Shown piece by piece: positions 25,817 to 39,165 of a stretch of 64,000 nucleotides of DNA. Source of the DNA: Eledone cirrhosa (lineage: Eukaryota); contig OZ024742.1 in NCBI GenBank assembly GCA_964016885.1, forward strand, positions 210,242,001 through 210,306,000. The letters are read 5' to 3'. Each line of letters opens with the position of its first letter. The first letter of the stretch is position 1. The translations under genes were made by a program, and so were the position numbers. Below the pieces are notes generated by a model. It saw nothing but the letters and a program-made list of their open reading frames with translations, was not told the DNA's origin and ran no database searches.

Positions 25817-26540
25817 CATCATCATCATCATCAACGTTTAACGTCCGTGTTCCACGCTTGCATGGGTTTGGACGGGGGTTTTACCACTTGAGGCAAGAGT
25901 GATTGTCTTGCTCGCATAGGACTATCTGGCAACTTTTCTAGTTGGATGCCCTTCCTAACACCAACCACATTTACAGTGTGGGTCTGGGAGGTTTTTACCG
26001 TGTTGCCTACACGGCCACATTACAGCGTGGACTGTGTGTTTTTTGTCGTGACACCTACACGATCTCATTTGTTTCGGCCTGGATGGTGTGGCACCAACAT
26101 AACTTTACATAGAAGGGGGCGGTGTGGATGGGGTGGGGTGGTGGGACGGGGTTGTATTTTGTTAGAGATGCCTACTGACTGTAGTAGGTTTTACTTTGTA
26201 TTTAGGTAAGGCGGGTCTTCTCTATTACTGAGTACCGCCAAAGGTCTCGGTCCAGTGACATTGTCTTGGTGAGGTGTAAGTGTGTGAGGTCGGAGTTTAT
26301 CAGCTCGTCCCAGGTTTTTCTGGGTCTGCCTATTCCGTGGCTACCGTCTATCTTTATTGCCCTGCACTTTGTTATACAGCTATCGTCCTTCATGCGCATC
26401 ACGTGACCATACCAACGTAGCCTTCTCTCGAGTAAACAACATCTGATCCCTCTTATTTCTAATTTTTTCCTTAGTTCGTTTATGCTTTGTCGTTCACGTA
26501 TATTACTATTACACATCCAGCGGAGCATGCAAGCTTCGTT

Positions 26541-26542
<2 letters not shown>
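25817..26542 (-). mobile_element. 3' end of a second RTE LINE family, with long 3' UTR and (ATG)n tail
   Basis: MLRWMC..RRLRWYGHVMRM..GRPRKTW. (cat)n at 25817. Confidence 0.85.
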
Positions 26543-26593
<51 letters not shown>

Positions 26594-27520
26594 GAATAAT
26601 CGAGTATCGGAAAATCAGCTCACGAACTTACGATAAACAAAATCCGACATGAGTGGCAGAGGGCTCAATAATTCAGATAAATCAGAGCTATAACTATCGT
26701 TAAGATACCAACACACAAAGATTATGCCTAAAATCACCCGTGCAGCCGAAAAATAACGACCAGGAAGATTCGGGTCACTCAGATAAAATATCAATAAATC
26801 AATAACTTATATGAATGTAAAAACTTACCCGGACCCACTAGAAAGGTGGTAAATCTAGCTTCTTGGGTTTCTGCTATTCCTTAATCCGCCCCCTATCAGC
26901 CCACATAAAAATATATAAGACTTCTAGGGAGATATATATATATATATAGTATTAGTATTAGTTATACTATTTATGGTTATGTAAACACAAAACCTTAAGC
27001 AGTTGTAAGTATTTTACACACACGCTAAATAGTGGTAGGCAGTAATGTATTACTACCTTATTACCAGTAAGTTAAGTAGCTCAATGTAAAAACATCAGAT
27101 GATTTACAGAGCAGTTATATGAAATATAAGAATCAATTATAATGCTTATAATATTTCTCCACACACAGACTATATCAATCATATAAAGACTTTGCCACCA
27201 GATCTACCAATCTAACACTCTTATTTACCTACCTAAGTGCCTCTACCACACATATCTCTCTGCCACACTATATAAACAAGACGCACATGCGTGCCACACA
27301 TATAACATTTGCACTATATAACCACTTATCTTCATGTTGTACTTTAACCTATATCTTTGATTTTTGATTGTACCTATTAATATAAATGTAATCTCGAAGT
27401 GTGTACTGCCACTCTAAATTCTGTAATGAATGTTGACCCACAATGTTTGAATATGTATCAATGTTTGAATATGTATTGGTATGTCTCTCGGCTGAAAAGG
27501 AGGTCATATAACTGTCCATG

Positions 27521-27586
27521 CATTAATAAATTGCTCCGAAGAATCCAAACCTCGGTTTGGAGGAAACAGCTGTAAGCACAATAATG
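27521..27586 (+). ncRNA. Minimal type I hammerhead (kind C) with variant CCGAAGA core
   Basis: tgct-CCGAAGA-a-tccaaac-ctcg-gtttgga-g-GAAA-cagctg-TA-agca. Palindromic stem III ACAGCTGT. Confidence 0.65.
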
Positions 27587-27618
27587 TTTTGAACAGTTCT
27601 TTGATTCTTATATTTCAT

Positions 27619-27662
<44 letters not shown>

Positions 27663-27692
27663 TATACATATATTTTTTTAATGAAAAATATA

Positions 27693-27723
<31 letters not shown>

Positions 27724-27724
<1 letters not shown>

Positions 27725-27945
27725 GCAGAAGTTATATTTAATTTGTTGGGATTCCAACAAACTTAAATGTTTATAACTGATATAGAGCACTCAACAGTTT
27801 ACTGGAGTAAATATTCAATATATTAATAAATGGAAACTATATTTATAAAAACATAATTATTTTATTATATATATTTCAAGGGCAACCAAGGCAGTCTTGG
27901 TGCGCTTTCATCAGATAAAATACAAAATTTGTTTTATAAATAGTG
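27724..27945 (-). mobile_element. PLE terminal repeat (family A/C type)
   Basis: Homologous to 1575-1800 and 30105-30332 in reverse orientation. Ends in (TA)n. Confidence 0.8.
27842..27940 (-). ncRNA. Hammerhead ribozyme kind A
   Basis: Reverse complement reads tattttat-CTGATGA-aagcgcaccaag actgc cttggttgccctt-GAAA-tatata-TA-ataaaata. Confidence 0.8.
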
Positions 27946-27949
27946 ACAT

Positions 27950-28236
27950 AGCCGTGGAAAACAACCTTGACGGTTGAAAATTCGCTGGATAGTGAAAAAT
28001 TTTATTCAGGGTAATTCAAAGTTAAAATCCAAAAATTGATGCTATTCTTTATCTTGGAATATAATTTAAAAAGCACCTTGCTTACAGAAACACAGCTTTA
28101 TCCAAATTTTGCAATTTGTGTTGAAGAAATTTTCTTCATACTTAAATGTAAGAACTCCATTAATTTACGTAACAATTTATTTAGTTCTTGTAAACATCGC
28201 CAAAACTCAACTTTTAGATCTATATCTAAAATATAA
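27950..28236 (+). pseudogene. Decayed C-terminus of another PLE GIY-YIG ORF, followed by a very AT-rich tail
   Basis: ICVEEIFFILKCKNSINLRNNLFSSCKH resembles the PLE terminal CxLCxxE..LN.R.EL...C.H motif. Confidence 0.55.
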
Positions 28237-30035
28237 TTACACGTTAAATCTTCTCTACATAATGTTTACTTTATCCAAACACCTATAATCTCATTTCTTA
28301 AATTATATGCATATATGTTCATAAATTCTAAATCTTTAAAATTTAATGTAATTCTAATTTTAATATCTTTTATTTCTTAAATATATATATTTTACTTCTT
28401 AAATTTTTACTTCTTAAATATCTTTATTTTTTATCTTTATTTATCTTACTTCCAAAATATCTCATAATCTTTTTAGAAAAATTACTTAAAATTTTTTAAA
28501 AATTACTTATTTCCCAAAAAACTAGTTTTGGGGTCACCTTAATATTTTTAATATATTTTTTAGTATTTTTCTAATATTTTTTAATATTTTTAAATATTTT
28601 TAAGTATTTTTAAATATTTCTTAATATTCTTTATAATTTTGAATAATTTTATATTTTTAATTATATTTCCTGAATAATTTTAGGATTTTAATTAATTTTA
28701 AACACTTTTTAAATGTTTTTAAAAGGTTTTTGAGTATCTTCGGAGTCCTTTTGAGATTTTTTTTTTAAATCTCTTGGAAAATTTTTCCAGGAATTTTCAA
28801 GAATTTTGTCTAGAAATGTTAATATTTTATAGTCTTAATTTTTAAATGGTTTTAGTATTTTCTTATACTTTTAATTAATTTTTTAATTTTTATAATTTTT
28901 TGTAATTATTTAATATTAGAGTTATAACCAATATCTAACTCTGGCTAAATATATCTTTAAACATATCTTTGTCAAAATTATCTCATAATAACTAATAAAT
29001 AAACAAAACTGGGATTTTCAATATTTTTCCAATGTTTTACATTAAAACATATAAGTAATCTTATTGACTCAGTTAATTTAATTTAACTTAATTTAATTTA
29101 AATACTTACACTAAATATAAACTAGTATCCCTCATAATTTATCGCCTATAACATGATATACCCATCTATCCTTATATCTACATTTTATCCTATGCTTCTA
29201 CTTCATATTTATTTAAATCTATTTTTAATATATTTTAATATATTTTGATATATTTTAATATATCTTTATTTTTATTTTTAATATATCTTTATTTTTTCTA
29301 TATATATATAATTTTCTATATACTTATAATAGTAAATAAATATTTATTATAATAGAATTCTAACAATTATTAGTAAATATACGTAACATAAATATGTAAC
29401 ATAAACATAAGACGTATTTACGTTATATGAACTCATCCTCGGATAAGCTTCTTTCTTGGCTCTTTCTTCATTCTTTTCTTTTCTCTCTCTTCTTCCCAAA
29501 GCGTAATTTAAATAAACGGTTGTTTTTTTCAATTTTTCGGACATTCATTTGCATATTCACACAGAACTTTGAATTTCCCTCAATAAAATTTTTCACTACA
29601 ACATTCTAACTAGGAAACCGAATGATTCTCGGCTTAAGAGTTAAGAATAAAGTAAATAAAATACAGAGGTAATTGCATAAAACTTTTTCCTGTATTACAG
29701 CCCCACATTATACCCTAACGGATAGTACGATCTATATGCGGATATTTTATGTCTTGATGTGGTAGATAAGTATATGTTAAGTTTATACCATTACTTATTT
29801 GTATAGGTAAGTATATATTACCTGTATGTTTTGTGAAGGTACGTATACTTTCTCGTACGTATATTTGATTGTATATGTTATGGCGTATATATTATATATT
29901 CTGGTACATATGCTTTTGTTTGTGTATACATGAGTGTTGTGTCCGTGTGAGTATGCGGGTTCGTACGTGTGTAGGGTGTGTGTATATGTGTACTTTGTGT
30001 TTTGTTTGACGTTCATCTCCAAATATATGTGTATT

Positions 30036-30087
30036 CAACCGTTACTTTTGGAAGACTATCCCTGATGTCTTCCAAAAGTAACGGTTG
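30036..30087. repeat. Perfect 21-bp inverted repeat hairpin, 10-nt loop
   Basis: caaccgttacttttggaagac / gtcttccaaaagtaacggttg. Confidence 0.9.
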
Positions 30088-30114
30088 CATTTTGAAAGGG
30101 TATGTCAATATTTA

Positions 30115-30217
30115 TTTATAAAACTGGTATATATTGTATTTTGTCTGATGAAAGCATACCATAATTTAACATGGTATCCTTGAAATATGTATAATAAAAT
30201 AGATATGGTTTTATAAA
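30115..30217 (+). ncRNA. Hammerhead ribozyme kind A
   Basis: tattttgt-CTGATGA(30145)-aagcataccat..atggtatcctt-GAAA-tatgta-TA-ataaaata. Stem II shows compensatory changes relative to other copies. Confidence 0.8.
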
Positions 30218-30358
30218 TATAGTTTCCATTTGTTAATATCGTATATTTACTCCAAATACTTGTCGAGTGCTTTATATCAGTTATAAAAATATTTGCTTGT
30301 TGTATCCCAACAATTTAAATAGAACTTTTGCATATATATATATATATATATATACATA

Positions 30359-30436
<78 letters not shown>

Positions 30437-30749
30437 CATATATATATGGTGGTGGCTGCCAACTCGTTTTCGAGTACGGCCACTACTTTATATCCATGTA
30501 GGAGAACCCCCACCGATGCGCTGAACGAGTGTGACTTTTTAGTCCAGCCAGCAACTTGAAAACTCTGGTACAAACACTACACCTGTGACAATTATTGACA
30601 CACAGTGCTGGGCCCATGGTACCATGTGACGACAAGTGCAGAGAGATCTCCAGATATAAAGCAATGCCTGTGCCGTGAAGCTTTTATAGTGAGCAAAGGC
30701 ACTGCACAAAGCCAAGATGATATTTACCAAAAATAATAACAAGTCAACA

Positions 30750-30830
30750 TCATATATATTTATACATATATATATATATCATATATATATATACATATAT
30801 ATATATATACACATATATATATATATATAC

Positions 30831-30877
<47 letters not shown>

Positions 30878-30898
30878 TATACACATATATATATACAC

Positions 30899-30961
<63 letters not shown>

Positions 30962-31036
30962 CACACATATATATATATATACATATATATATACACATAT
31001 ATATATACACACATATATATATATATATATACACAC

Positions 31037-31069
<33 letters not shown>

Positions 31070-31083
31070 TATATATATACACA

Positions 31084-31125
<42 letters not shown>

Positions 31126-31130
31126 CATAT
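30750..31130. repeat. (TA/CA)n compound microsatellite
   Basis: Seen directly. Confidence 0.9.
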
Positions 31131-31525
31131 ACTCTTTTACTCTTTTAGCTGTTCCAGCCATCCAGCTGAGGCCATGCTGGGGCACCGCCCTTGTTGCTAC
31201 ACATTTTATCTCCAGCCTGTATTGGTTGGCCACTGGTGTAAGAGGGAGTTCGTTGCTGCTGCCCTTAGGTTTCCCTCGTGCCTTGCTGTGGGCTCATCCG
31301 AGATCCTGGATAGCAAGGTGTCGAGATGTTTCTTGAAGACATCCACCTCCACACCATGGAGATCTCTCAGATCCCTCGGCAGCTTGTTGAAGATTTGAGG
31401 GCCCTTGAATCCCAGGCTATTGCAGTATCTGCTCCTTATCTAGATGTGGTATACAGGACCTTTGGCACCACACAGTGACGTCCTGTTCGACGGTTGGTCC
31501 AGCTTCCAATGCCAAAGTTTGGTGC
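31130..31525 (-). mobile_element. 3' end of a CR1/L2-like LINE
   Basis: Minus-strand translation ..[36 protein letters not shown]. (aaaagagt)n-like tail. Confidence 0.6.
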
Positions 31526-32106
31526 TAGAAATAACAGCACAATCAGTACAGTATATAGAAGGGATCTATTAGGTTAACATATATATATTGTTTAAATGTG
31601 CAGTAATAAATGTGTGTGCACACTCTTCAACATATGACCTCTCACTTCCATGACTGATTAATGATAATGGTATTATATTATTATTCTTATTCTTATTATT
31701 GTTGTTGGTATACGTTATAGAGTTTCCTGTAACAACAATGTCCTATAGTTTCAGAAACATAAAAATGATATATTGTGATGGCCTTGCCTTTTACAGGTTA
31801 TCAGAAGCAAAATATACAAAGAAATTGTTTCATCTAGTCAAAGAAATTAGGTTGCAATCAAGTCACATTTAAAATCGTAAGATAAGCGTATGTGTCTTTA
31901 TTGTACCAACAAATACAGTCCTGTCTTTCGGTAGTATTTTGCTGGGTTGTTTGAATAAAAATAAAGGATAGGTGATGACAAACTTGATTACTACATCAAC
32001 ATTCAGTCAGGTGCTTGATAGCAGCTGGGGCATGCATGTGTGTATGGGGTATTGTTTTTTATATAACAGAAGGCAGAGCATTACCCATACTTTTTTTACA
32101 AGCATG

Positions 32107-32258
32107 AGGCACATGGCTTAGCGGTTAGAGCATTGGCCTTGCAATCGAAAGGTTGTGAGTTTAATTCTCGGACCGGGTGATGTGTTGTTTCCTTGAGCAA
32201 GACACTTTATTTCACATTGCTCCAGTTTACTCAGCCTTAGAAATGAGATGATAGGGAC
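32107..32258 (+). mobile_element. tRNA-derived SINE, 5' portion
   Basis: Near-identical to 3552-3705. Confidence 0.8.
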
Positions 32259-32651
32259 TAGAGAAAACAAACATTAAGCGGCGACAACAATGATAATGTT
32301 CTGCTGGAGTAAAAACTACCTGAAAAAAATTTGTTTAATGGACTAATAATAATATATATCAGTGCCAGTGTGTATATTGGTTTTTGTTTGGTCTTGGTAG
32401 AAAACATAAAGTCACTCAACACATCATTGGTAATGATGGTAACAAAAGGGTTAAACCAATAGAAAAGACTTAAATCCAAAACTTAAACAAAAACATTAAC
32501 AGATTTTATGTAAAATATTAACTAGAGTGTCGGGGAATGTGATCAAAGTAACGAAGAATTGGAACTGGTTCTTCTTGAATTTAACAACTAGGGGGAAGTG
32601 ATGTACTTTTTTTTTGTTATTTTTTTTCAGTTTACATACATACAAAAAAAT

Positions 32652-32743
32652 TCAGCTTGAAGAGAGTTCATCAGAAGAAGAATCTTCGCACACTGATTTT
32701 GCTATAAAGTTGATGTCATTCAAAATTTCCTGAAGAGATTCAA
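32652..32743 (-). CDS. CCHCR1: CCHCR1-like terminal exon (ESLQEILNDINFIAKSVCEDSSSDELSSS*)
   Basis: ttggcag acceptor, phase fits the upstream exon, TGA at 32652-32654. Confidence 0.82.
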
Positions 32744-33024
32744 CTGCCAAAGATAGAAAAAATAAAGACAGAAGTGCAAAATAAGAATACAAACGACAGT
32801 TAATATATTAAAACACTAGCAACCATATATATTTGGAAACATTAGTGTCTGAAGATTACCTTACAGATGGTCTTTTTTTTTTCCGATCATCAGATTGGAC
32901 CAAGGGAACAGTTTTCATTGGTCTTTCCATTGCTGATACTATTCACCAGTTGCAACTCCTGACAGATGGAGCAACATGAAATAAAGCATTTTGCTCAAGA
33001 ACACAACACACCATCCGGTCCAGG

Positions 33025-33155
33025 AATCGAGCACACAACCTTATTATCATGAATCAAACATACAACCCTATTATCATGAATCGAACACACAACCTTATCG
33101 TGAATCAAACATACAACCTTATTATCATGAATCGAACATACAACCTTACTATCAT
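33025..33155. repeat. ~27-bp minisatellite, ~5 copies, inside a minus-strand SINE remnant
   Basis: gaatcgaacacacaaccttattatcat repeated. Confidence 0.8.
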
Positions 33156-34364
33156 GCTCTATTAGGCAACATGCTTTCACATACAGATGTAGAGATATAT
33201 TATCTCCAATAAGAAAAAATATCTGAAACCAACTAGTAGCTGACATGATGTTGTTATTACTATGTAACTATACAGCTCTTCTACTGTTGGAGCTGTCTTC
33301 TCACTTGCTGTTATTACCCTTCAGTTGTGACAAAGACATGACAACCTCCCAGTGCTGGTGTCACAATAAAATTTATTCAGTAGAGTGTGGAGACATATGT
33401 AAGTGAGATGCAGGTTCATAACCCATCTGAGATGTCAGAAGCTACACTTGAATACTGACTCTTTATATGAAAATCTGTCCAACCCTAACTAGCAGGAAAA
33501 ATGGATGTTAACCACCACCACCACCATGATAATGATCATCATCCTTTTTACATTAACTTTTCCATGTACACATGGGTTGGACTTTTTGAGGCAATGTTTT
33601 ACAGCTGGGTGCCCTTCTTTACACCAACCCTTTTAATTCTAGAGGTGTAACAACATTTAGATGCCCACCTGCCACCATGTTCCCAACTACCCCCTCAGCT
33701 CCCCCACCTTAATCTTGAAGAAGCAGATAGATGAAACAACATTTAGGTTCCACCTGCCAATATACTCCTGATTTCCCTGCTTTAACTCACACCAAGTATA
33801 CATAACCTAATTGCTTTAGTTGTAATTACCAACATAATTTCTAGACATTACAGAATTCAATCTAGATAGTTAACAACCAAACTTTATAACCAGATCTGGA
33901 TATAATTTGTGAAATGGAATTGTGCTACATGAATTATCTTATAGCTCTGTTTGAGCAGTTTGTTCAAATACTGGACAAGCTTTACTGTATTCATATATTC
34001 ACTGGCAATTCAGTATTTACAAAAACACATATATAGGAAAGAACTGCTGGATGCCAGAGCAAGATGGTTAGATAACATCCATGAGCTTGGTTGGTCTCAC
34101 TTGAAAATCCAACCAGCTCATTTGAAGATGGTTACTTTTAAGCGGACCCTCTCAAAGATATGTCTGATTCTGCTCCAATGCTCCTCACAGGAACAAGTGG
34201 AAGGAAGAGGAGTTGGAGGAAAAGAAGAAGAAAAAGAAGAAGAAACAACCACAACAATGACAACATATATAAACTGATTTCTTTGTATACCCATCTTATA
34301 AAACAAGTCCTATATGAAATTTTAAATTTAGAAACTCCTAAAGGAAAGCCAAATTATCATTTAC

Positions 34365-34533
34365 CTTGTTTTTGTGAACTTTCAGACAAAATATTCTTTG
34401 GTTGAGTTTTACAGCCATCACCTACTTCTGCATTAGACTCAGGTTCAACTTGATTTGTGCCAGCAATATTGACCACAAGTTCATTTCTCTCAAGCTTCAT
34501 TTTTCCAATCAGACCTTCTTGTTTAAGTGTAGC
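34365..34533 (-). CDS. CCHCR1: CCHCR1-like exon (ATLKQEGLIGKMKL..SSQKQ)
   Basis: tttatag acceptor, gtaaat donor, 169 nt open. Confidence 0.88.
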
Positions 34534-36049
34534 CTATAAAATAAACAAAACAATTGCTATTGATGTTTAAAAGGAATATTAATATTTTATATCAATACTT
34601 TCAAAATAAATTTGAACAACAAAATTTAATTTGTTACTTGCTATTTAACTTTTAATATTTTTTTCCACATTAAAATACTTTAAATAAATATGCATATTCA
34701 GGTATGTACATGAACTTTTAATGCTGAACAATATAACTGAAATAAGCCATCCTTGGTCTGGTCTGATCTCTTCCCATCCTCATTGCTGAAGGTTGTGGAT
34801 CATGGACAATTGCACCAATGCTCATCTATATGATGCTGTATGTCCATGATTCTCATCAAAGCTGGTTACCGAGCCACAGCCTATTTGCTTTCATGCCAGA
34901 AAGGTTACCAAGGTGACTAAAGAGTCCCATCTACCCCAATTTTGAAATCATAGGGATCCTTTTCCTAGACACTGCCAATCAAGGCTAACAAGTTCTGCCT
35001 AGTTTTTGTTGTTTTTTTACACTGTTGGATGGCTGTTGACTCTCCTGAGTTCCTCAAACTTTTGATGAGTTAAATACTAACTATATTTCAGATTGATAGG
35101 AGTTAGTAAGTAAAGAAAATATTGCCTTTATCATTATAATTTCGCTAGTTTCTACAACTTTTGAAGGCATATGACTTAGTGGTTAGAGAGTTGGATTCAT
35201 GATGTTGCGAGGTCACTACACCCCACCACCAAAATCTCAAAACACCTGTCATAATGCCTTAGTAGCTGTTAACATCACAGTACTGCTCCACCCTCATCCC
35301 ACCCCACACTTATAGAGGTTATCCCCACCATTTGACTCATTAGCCTGTTAAATCCCACCACACTTGTCATACTTATCAGCCTTCTCACCTCCATCACCCC
35401 ATGGGGTAGGAGGGCTCTACATTTGAGTTAATGACTGACAACTTCCCTAGTGCAAAAATGACTGACAACTTCCCTAGTGCAAAAAATGCACCCAAGGTGG
35501 ATGGCAATAAGAAGGGCATTCTGCTGTAGAAACCATGCCAAAAAGATTCAAGAGGACTCTTCAGTTATGTTAACAGCAAGACAACCTATTTAATGCTGGT
35601 GATCTACAAGATAAATGCATCCAGTACACACTGTAAAGTGGTTGGTGATAGGAAGGGCATCCAGTTATAAGAAAGCTTGCCAAACGAAGAGTTGGAAGTA
35701 CTTTTCAGTTGAAAACATGACAACTTTCCAAGTGCTGGTTGCCATGTTAAAATGCACTTGGTAGAACATAGGAATATATGTAGGTGGGATATAGGCCCCC
35801 AGCCTGTATGAGCACTTGATAGAGTGTGGGAACACAAGTAAGCAAGATCCCCAAACCATATCACAGCTCAGCAACTAGACATGAATACTGGAAATGGACA
35901 TTAAATTATTATGGTGATGCAGATGATTCTATGACATTTAAGAATAATGACACAGGTTACACAAACTCAGATTTGCTAGTATAATATGCAGGTAAATTGG
36001 AGCGTTAAAAAAATCAACATTACTTTTTATTAATTTAGATTAATCTAAG

Positions 36050-36255
36050 GATGGTGTATTGGCAGTTTCAGAAGAGCATCAGATGACATGCTTTGCAACA
36101 TATAGTTGTATCCCTTTACACTCTGAGTTCAATCCTGCCGAGGTTAGCTTTGCCTTTCATTCTTACGGGGTCGATAAAATAAAGTACCAGTAATTGAATT
36201 AATCAACTTTCCCCTCCCCAAAAATTGTTAGCCTTGAGCCTAAATCAGAAACCAT
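36050..36255 (+). mobile_element. tRNA-derived SINE (Meta-like family)
   Basis: gagttcaatcctgccgaggttagctttgcctttcat..gtcgataaaataaagtaccag. Confidence 0.75.
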
Positions 36256-36268
36256 AAACAAGTCTCAC

Positions 36269-36420
36269 CATAATTAGATTTCTTTCTGTTTTTACTTTTT
36301 GCATTTCTTTTTCTAATTTTGCAACCTGCAACTTGAGATGAGCTTCAAGGTTTTCCATTTGCTGTCCAAACTGCACCTTTTCTCTGTCACTCTGTCTGTT
36401 TTTCTGCTGCAGTGAAATTA
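36269..36420 (-). CDS. CCHCR1: CCHCR1-like exon (ISLQQKNRQ..ERNLIM)
   Basis: ttccag acceptor, gtgaga donor, 152 nt open. Confidence 0.88.
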
Positions 36421-36564
36421 CTGGAAATATAATGAATATATAATGTCACTGACGGTATAATAAAGGAGTCAGTCAATCTCAAAACAACGTATTTTCCAAC
36501 ACTAAAGAATGACAGGGGGTTTTCAGAGACTTCACAGTTTTTTAACCATTTATTTATCCACTGT

Positions 36565-36850
36565 AGGCGGCAAATTGGTAGAATCGTTAGAATGTCGGAT
36601 AAAATACATTATGGTATTCATTCCAGCTCTCTGCTCTCTGAATTCAAATCCCGTTGAGGTCAACTTTACCTTTCCTCCTTTCGAGGTCTATAAAAAAAGT
36701 ACCAGTCTAGTACTGGGGTCAATTCTTCCTCTATATTTCTTTCTCATTTCCTCTCTCTCACTTTCTATCTTTCTCTGGAAGAAATCTGCTGTACTCAGAG
36801 GCCTGGAGAGGGATGGGCTCTGCCAGGATTAAAATGCCCAAAAAATATAC
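36565..36850 (+). mobile_element. SINE with pyrimidine-rich extension; inverted partner at 38880-39165
   Basis: Same SINE core plus a shared unique flank. Confidence 0.75.
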
Positions 36851-36867
36851 ATACATTATCCACTGTG

Positions 36868-37010
36868 AAGGCTTGTGACTTAGTGGTTAGAGAATTGGAT
36901 TCTATATCGTGAAGTTGCAAGTTAGATTCCCAGACCAGGTGATGCATTATGTCCTTGAGCAAGACACTTTATTTCACATTGCTCTTTCTGCCAGAGGTTG
37001 CAACAGGTAG
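36868..37010 (+). mobile_element. tRNA-derived SINE head
   Basis: ttagtggttagag..cttgagcaagacactttatttcacattgct. Confidence 0.7.
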
Positions 37011-37633
37011 TTAGTATCAGCAATGGAAAGACTAATGGAAACATTGTTTCCCTGGTCCAATTTGACAAATTCAACCCTACTCAGTAAGTGAATGAGGTCT
37101 AGGATCTTGTCAATCAATTCAATTGACTTATCCACTGAATAAAAAAGAAACACAGACAAAACCTTTATGATTCCTATTTTGTTCTATGTACTGAACTGTG
37201 TCTCCAAAAATATATACTTAACAGTCATTAGTCCTGACCACATACAACTTGACAAAAAAGCACCCACTCCACCCTATAAAGTGGTAGTGGTGGTGCCACA
37301 AAATCTCACAATACACACTGCAATGTGGTTAGTATTGGGAAGTTTTTGTTTAACTTTTGTGCCAAATTCTTCTATTTCCAGTATTTTTCTCTTGTTTATC
37401 TTTTTTTTCTTAATGCTTAAACTATCATTTTAAGTTAGTGGTATTTTTCTAACAAAAAATTATCAGTATTTGACTGTCATACAGTCACTGAGCTAGATGC
37501 CATTATATACCTTATTTTAACTCTCTACCAACTTTCATCATCACAAATTGGACCTCTTTAATAATACATTTAATAATGTAAAAGTATTCCAACACAAAAC
37601 AACAACACAATAAAAATTAATAATAATTTTCAC

Positions 37634-37735
37634 CTGCTTTCATATGTTCTCTTCGTGCCTGGTTAAGTTTCTCATCCATTTCAGAGAGCTGCTTCACCAG
37701 AGTTTTTTCATGAAGCCTTTCTTGGTTTTGCAAAA
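37634..37735 (-). CDS. CCHCR1: CCHCR1-like exon (LQNQERL..LNQARREHMKA)
   Basis: aatcag acceptor, gtgaaa donor, 102 nt, phase 1-1. Confidence 0.88.
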
Positions 37736-38879
37736 CTGATTGATTGTAATAAGAAATATTAGTAACAGATATTACTATATCATTCTTACTTCTGCTTTCT
37801 ATTAGAAAATATATTCAAATTGAAATAAGACTTGAGAAACATCATCATCATCACTGTTTAATGACCATTTTTCCAGGCTAGTATAGGTTAGATAAGTTGT
37901 CCTGTTGTGAGACAAGTCAGATCAGGTGACTGTCTTATTCACACAAAACTGTTTCTGGTTGGTTTCGTGGCACCAAAATGACCAACTGACAGGTTTGACA
38001 GGGTACTTTTGTCATCTCTAAATAAAATATATTGCTTGAAAATTCAAAACAATGCAATTCTACACCATTTATGGTAGGACAAATTATTGTAAATATAGAT
38101 TCAGTTACCTAACATTTAGGTTAATTGAAGTTTTGAAAAAAGGGTTATTATACTTTTATTATTCTTTATTTTAAAATAATAATTTTTTTCTTCTTTTTTT
38201 TTTAATTTAGATAACTTATGCAAGCATGGAAAATGGACGATGACAACGAACTGAGCTGCAATTTTGAAAATAATTTATAATTGGAAATCCGAAATCCAGT
38301 TTAAATAAATTATACAATACTTTATCAATACAACTCTAAATAACTTCAGATAAAAGAAGAAATTATTATACAAAAGAATTAAAATAATAACATATAACTA
38401 AGTTTAAAATATAGGAAACAAGAGATTCCTCAAATATTGATCTAAAATATAAATCACATCATCAAAAGAAAACAATTAATTTTTAATTATAGTTTTATGA
38501 GGAATTCATTTTGAAAACAAATAAATATCAACTACATTTACATATTTTTAAATATCGATAGAGGATCCAATGTTCATTGTTTCTGAAAAGCCTCCCAGAT
38601 TAATGAAGTTGAAGAAATTTATATTCAATTTGAAATTGTGCAGATTGATGCCCCTAGGGAAAACATGGGCATGAAGGGAATTTCAAAGAGTTGCAATTAA
38701 GAAAGAAAGCATTTAGCTAAAGTGTTTAAAGCAAAGTTTCTAGGATGAAAAACACTAGGGTTGTTAATAGACGGAAGGGCTAAAACTTAAACAGATATCT
38801 AGCTAGTTCAATGACCATTGAAATAGTCATAGTAATGTATGTATGATCCTGTAATTCCTGAGGGAGTGTAGTGGCATAT

Positions 38880-39165
38880 GGCATTTCTTGGGCATTTTTT
38901 AAACCTAGCAAAGGCCATTTCCTCTCCAGATCTGAATAAGGAAGATTTCTTCCAGAGAAGGACAGAGAGTGAAAGAATAGAAGTGAGAAAGAGATATAGA
39001 GGAAGAATTGACTCAAATACTAGACTGGTACTGTTTTTATCAATCTTGAAGGGATGAAAGGCAAAGTTGACCTCAGCAGGATATGAACTGAGAGAGCAGG
39101 GAGCCAAAACAAATACTGCAAAGCATTCTATCCGACGTTCTAACAACTCTATCAATTTACCGCTT
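38880..39165 (-). mobile_element. SINE with extension; inverted partner of 36565-36850
   Basis: Reverse-complement similarity over ~285 nt. Confidence 0.75.

Larger units (their letters stand above)
29670..30332 (+). mobile_element. 3' end / terminal repeat of PLE family C
   Basis: 29670-29846 is the reverse complement of ~23890-24062 (ORF end and UTR). It continues into the kind A hammerhead repeat and ends in (TA)n. Confidence 0.85.

Noticed and set aside
26715-26790. Minus-strand CTGAGTGA..cccg/cggg hammerhead-like motif
   Set aside because: There is an extra base in the core and no GAAA or cleavage triplet.
33951-34277. 108-aa plus-strand ORF
   Set aside because: It overlaps a dispersed repeat (similar to 57340-57475) and simple repeats, and lies antisense in an intron.
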